Shown: positions 62,691-64,000 of the stretch, in pieces | Layout of the letters: each line of letters begins with the position of its first letter | How positions within the stretch are numbered: position 1 is the first letter of the stretch | From: Sphaerodactylus townsendi | Taxonomy: Eukaryota | DNA length: 64,000 nucleotides | NCBI RefSeq assembly: GCF_021028975.2 | Contig: NC_059426.1 | Span: forward strand, 123,132,001-123,196,000 | Direction: 5' to 3' | Program-made: the position numbers and the translations under genes | Notes under the pieces: generated by a model | The model's database searches: none | The model's input: only the letters and a program-made list of their open reading frames with translations | What the model was told of the DNA's origin: nothing

Positions 62691-64000
62691 GTTGAATGAG
62701 TTGCTGTAATAAGACTTGCTTAGTTTATTCTTCATAGTGGATTAAATATCATTTTTGATGTTGGATGTGTTATATTGTTAGACAGTTTTGTGGATTTTGC
62801 TGCGAAATAATTGGATAAGTATTTTAAATAAATTCTCATGCATCTTGCTTTTGATGGGGGGAGAGAGAATATCTCCACCTAAGAATTTGTATTTTGATGG
62901 AGACACTTGAAATAGTTTGCTTTGCTTTGGAAGGCTCACTGAGTATGACAGCCTTTTGCCTCTTTGCCTGCTGTCTGAGCAGGCACTTTGCAAAAAGAAA
63001 CTTGATCTTGTCTTTCATAGTGACAGCCAGTAACATTTGAATTCAGATAGTATTTTTAGACTTCATCGTAAGTGACTACAGCTGATTGGGTAGTTGGCAG
63101 AAATCTTAAACTCTCCGTGCCATCACGTACAGTTACTTGGATATGCTAATTCAACAAAGCAGGTGTAATTTTAGATCTGCTTGGCAAACGTCACTTTAGC
63201 TTTGCATTCTAATGGATGGGAAAAGTCATGGCTACTCCAGTGACCTCTTTGTCCTTTTTAACTGCATGACTTCCCTTTGCGCTTGTGTCTGAATTCCAGA
63301 AGTGCTGAGCCAATTTTGACCAATATCCTAAACATATTGAAGAGCATTAATTCATTAAACTACAAAGTGACCCTAGTATAGGAAATTGGGGAAGCAGAAC
63401 AGGTCATTGAGCTCAAGGATTAGCACTCCTGCTTCTTAAGAATACTTGCATCTTCTTCAGAAGTTTGTAAAGATGCTTCTAATGTTCCTGGCAGCAACAA
63501 TCCTGAGCAGCCTCCTCTGTCATCAGTGTCATGTTTGTCATGTAGGTGTTGTTTTCCTGAGTAGATGTTTAACGGTTGTCTACTTAGAATGTAAGATATT
63601 TTCCAGAGTTTGTTTCCAGTGTAAACTTTTGTGTGTATGACTGGCAAGGTTTCCTTTGGTAATTTCTTGATAGTTGTTATTAAAACTCTTTATATGAGAT
63701 CTGAGCCCTTGAAGTGCCTGAGAATGTATTTAGAGGAATGGACCCAGTCACATCTCACATTACATTTCAGACCTCCTTACATTCCTTGTCTTTAACTGCT
63801 ACTTGGCATGTGAGAATGCTGATCCATGTATAAAATGTGTGAAAGTATATAAATGTATGCATTTCATTAATCACAAGTTCTGTTAGCTTTGAACAGTTTT
63901 GCTTTCCATTTTAAGTGTATTTGGGCATTGTTATTTTTTCTTGGAAAAAGTTATGTTTGAGCACGTATATTATTAATGTCTTGCAGCATACACATGGGCA

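Overview
Vertebrate genomic DNA, not prokaryotic. The repeat content (tRNA-derived SINEs with CTT/CCT tails, Sauria-type SINE, CR1/L2, Penelope, DIRS, hAT MITEs) points to a squamate, probably a gecko. The window holds the conserved block HAUS2 (-, 6 coding exons, 216 aa) <head-to-head> LRRC57 (+, 5 coding exons, 238 aa) <tail-to-tail> SNAP23 (-, 7 coding exons, 208 aa). Beyond SNAP23 lies a divergent CpG promoter and non-coding first exon that synteny assigns to ZNF106. All exons were read by hand, with GT-AG boundaries and frames checked. Most entries in the ORF track are spurious or transposon fragments. Main points of interest: (1) a structurally complete DIRS tyrosine-recombinase retrotransposon (ITRs, ICR, GTT ends) in SNAP23 intron 1, whose 3' end offers a consensus splice donor 714 nt from the first coding exon; (2) a candidate RBFOX/QKI-regulated SNAP23 microexon; (3) a Cys->Trp change in the SNAP23 palmitoylation cluster; (4) inverted hAT copies bracketing an in-frame, stop-free 405-nt HAUS2 exon block (circRNA configuration); (5) MITEs carrying ZNF143/THAP11-type motifs. 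I found no convincing wholly new multi-gene system.
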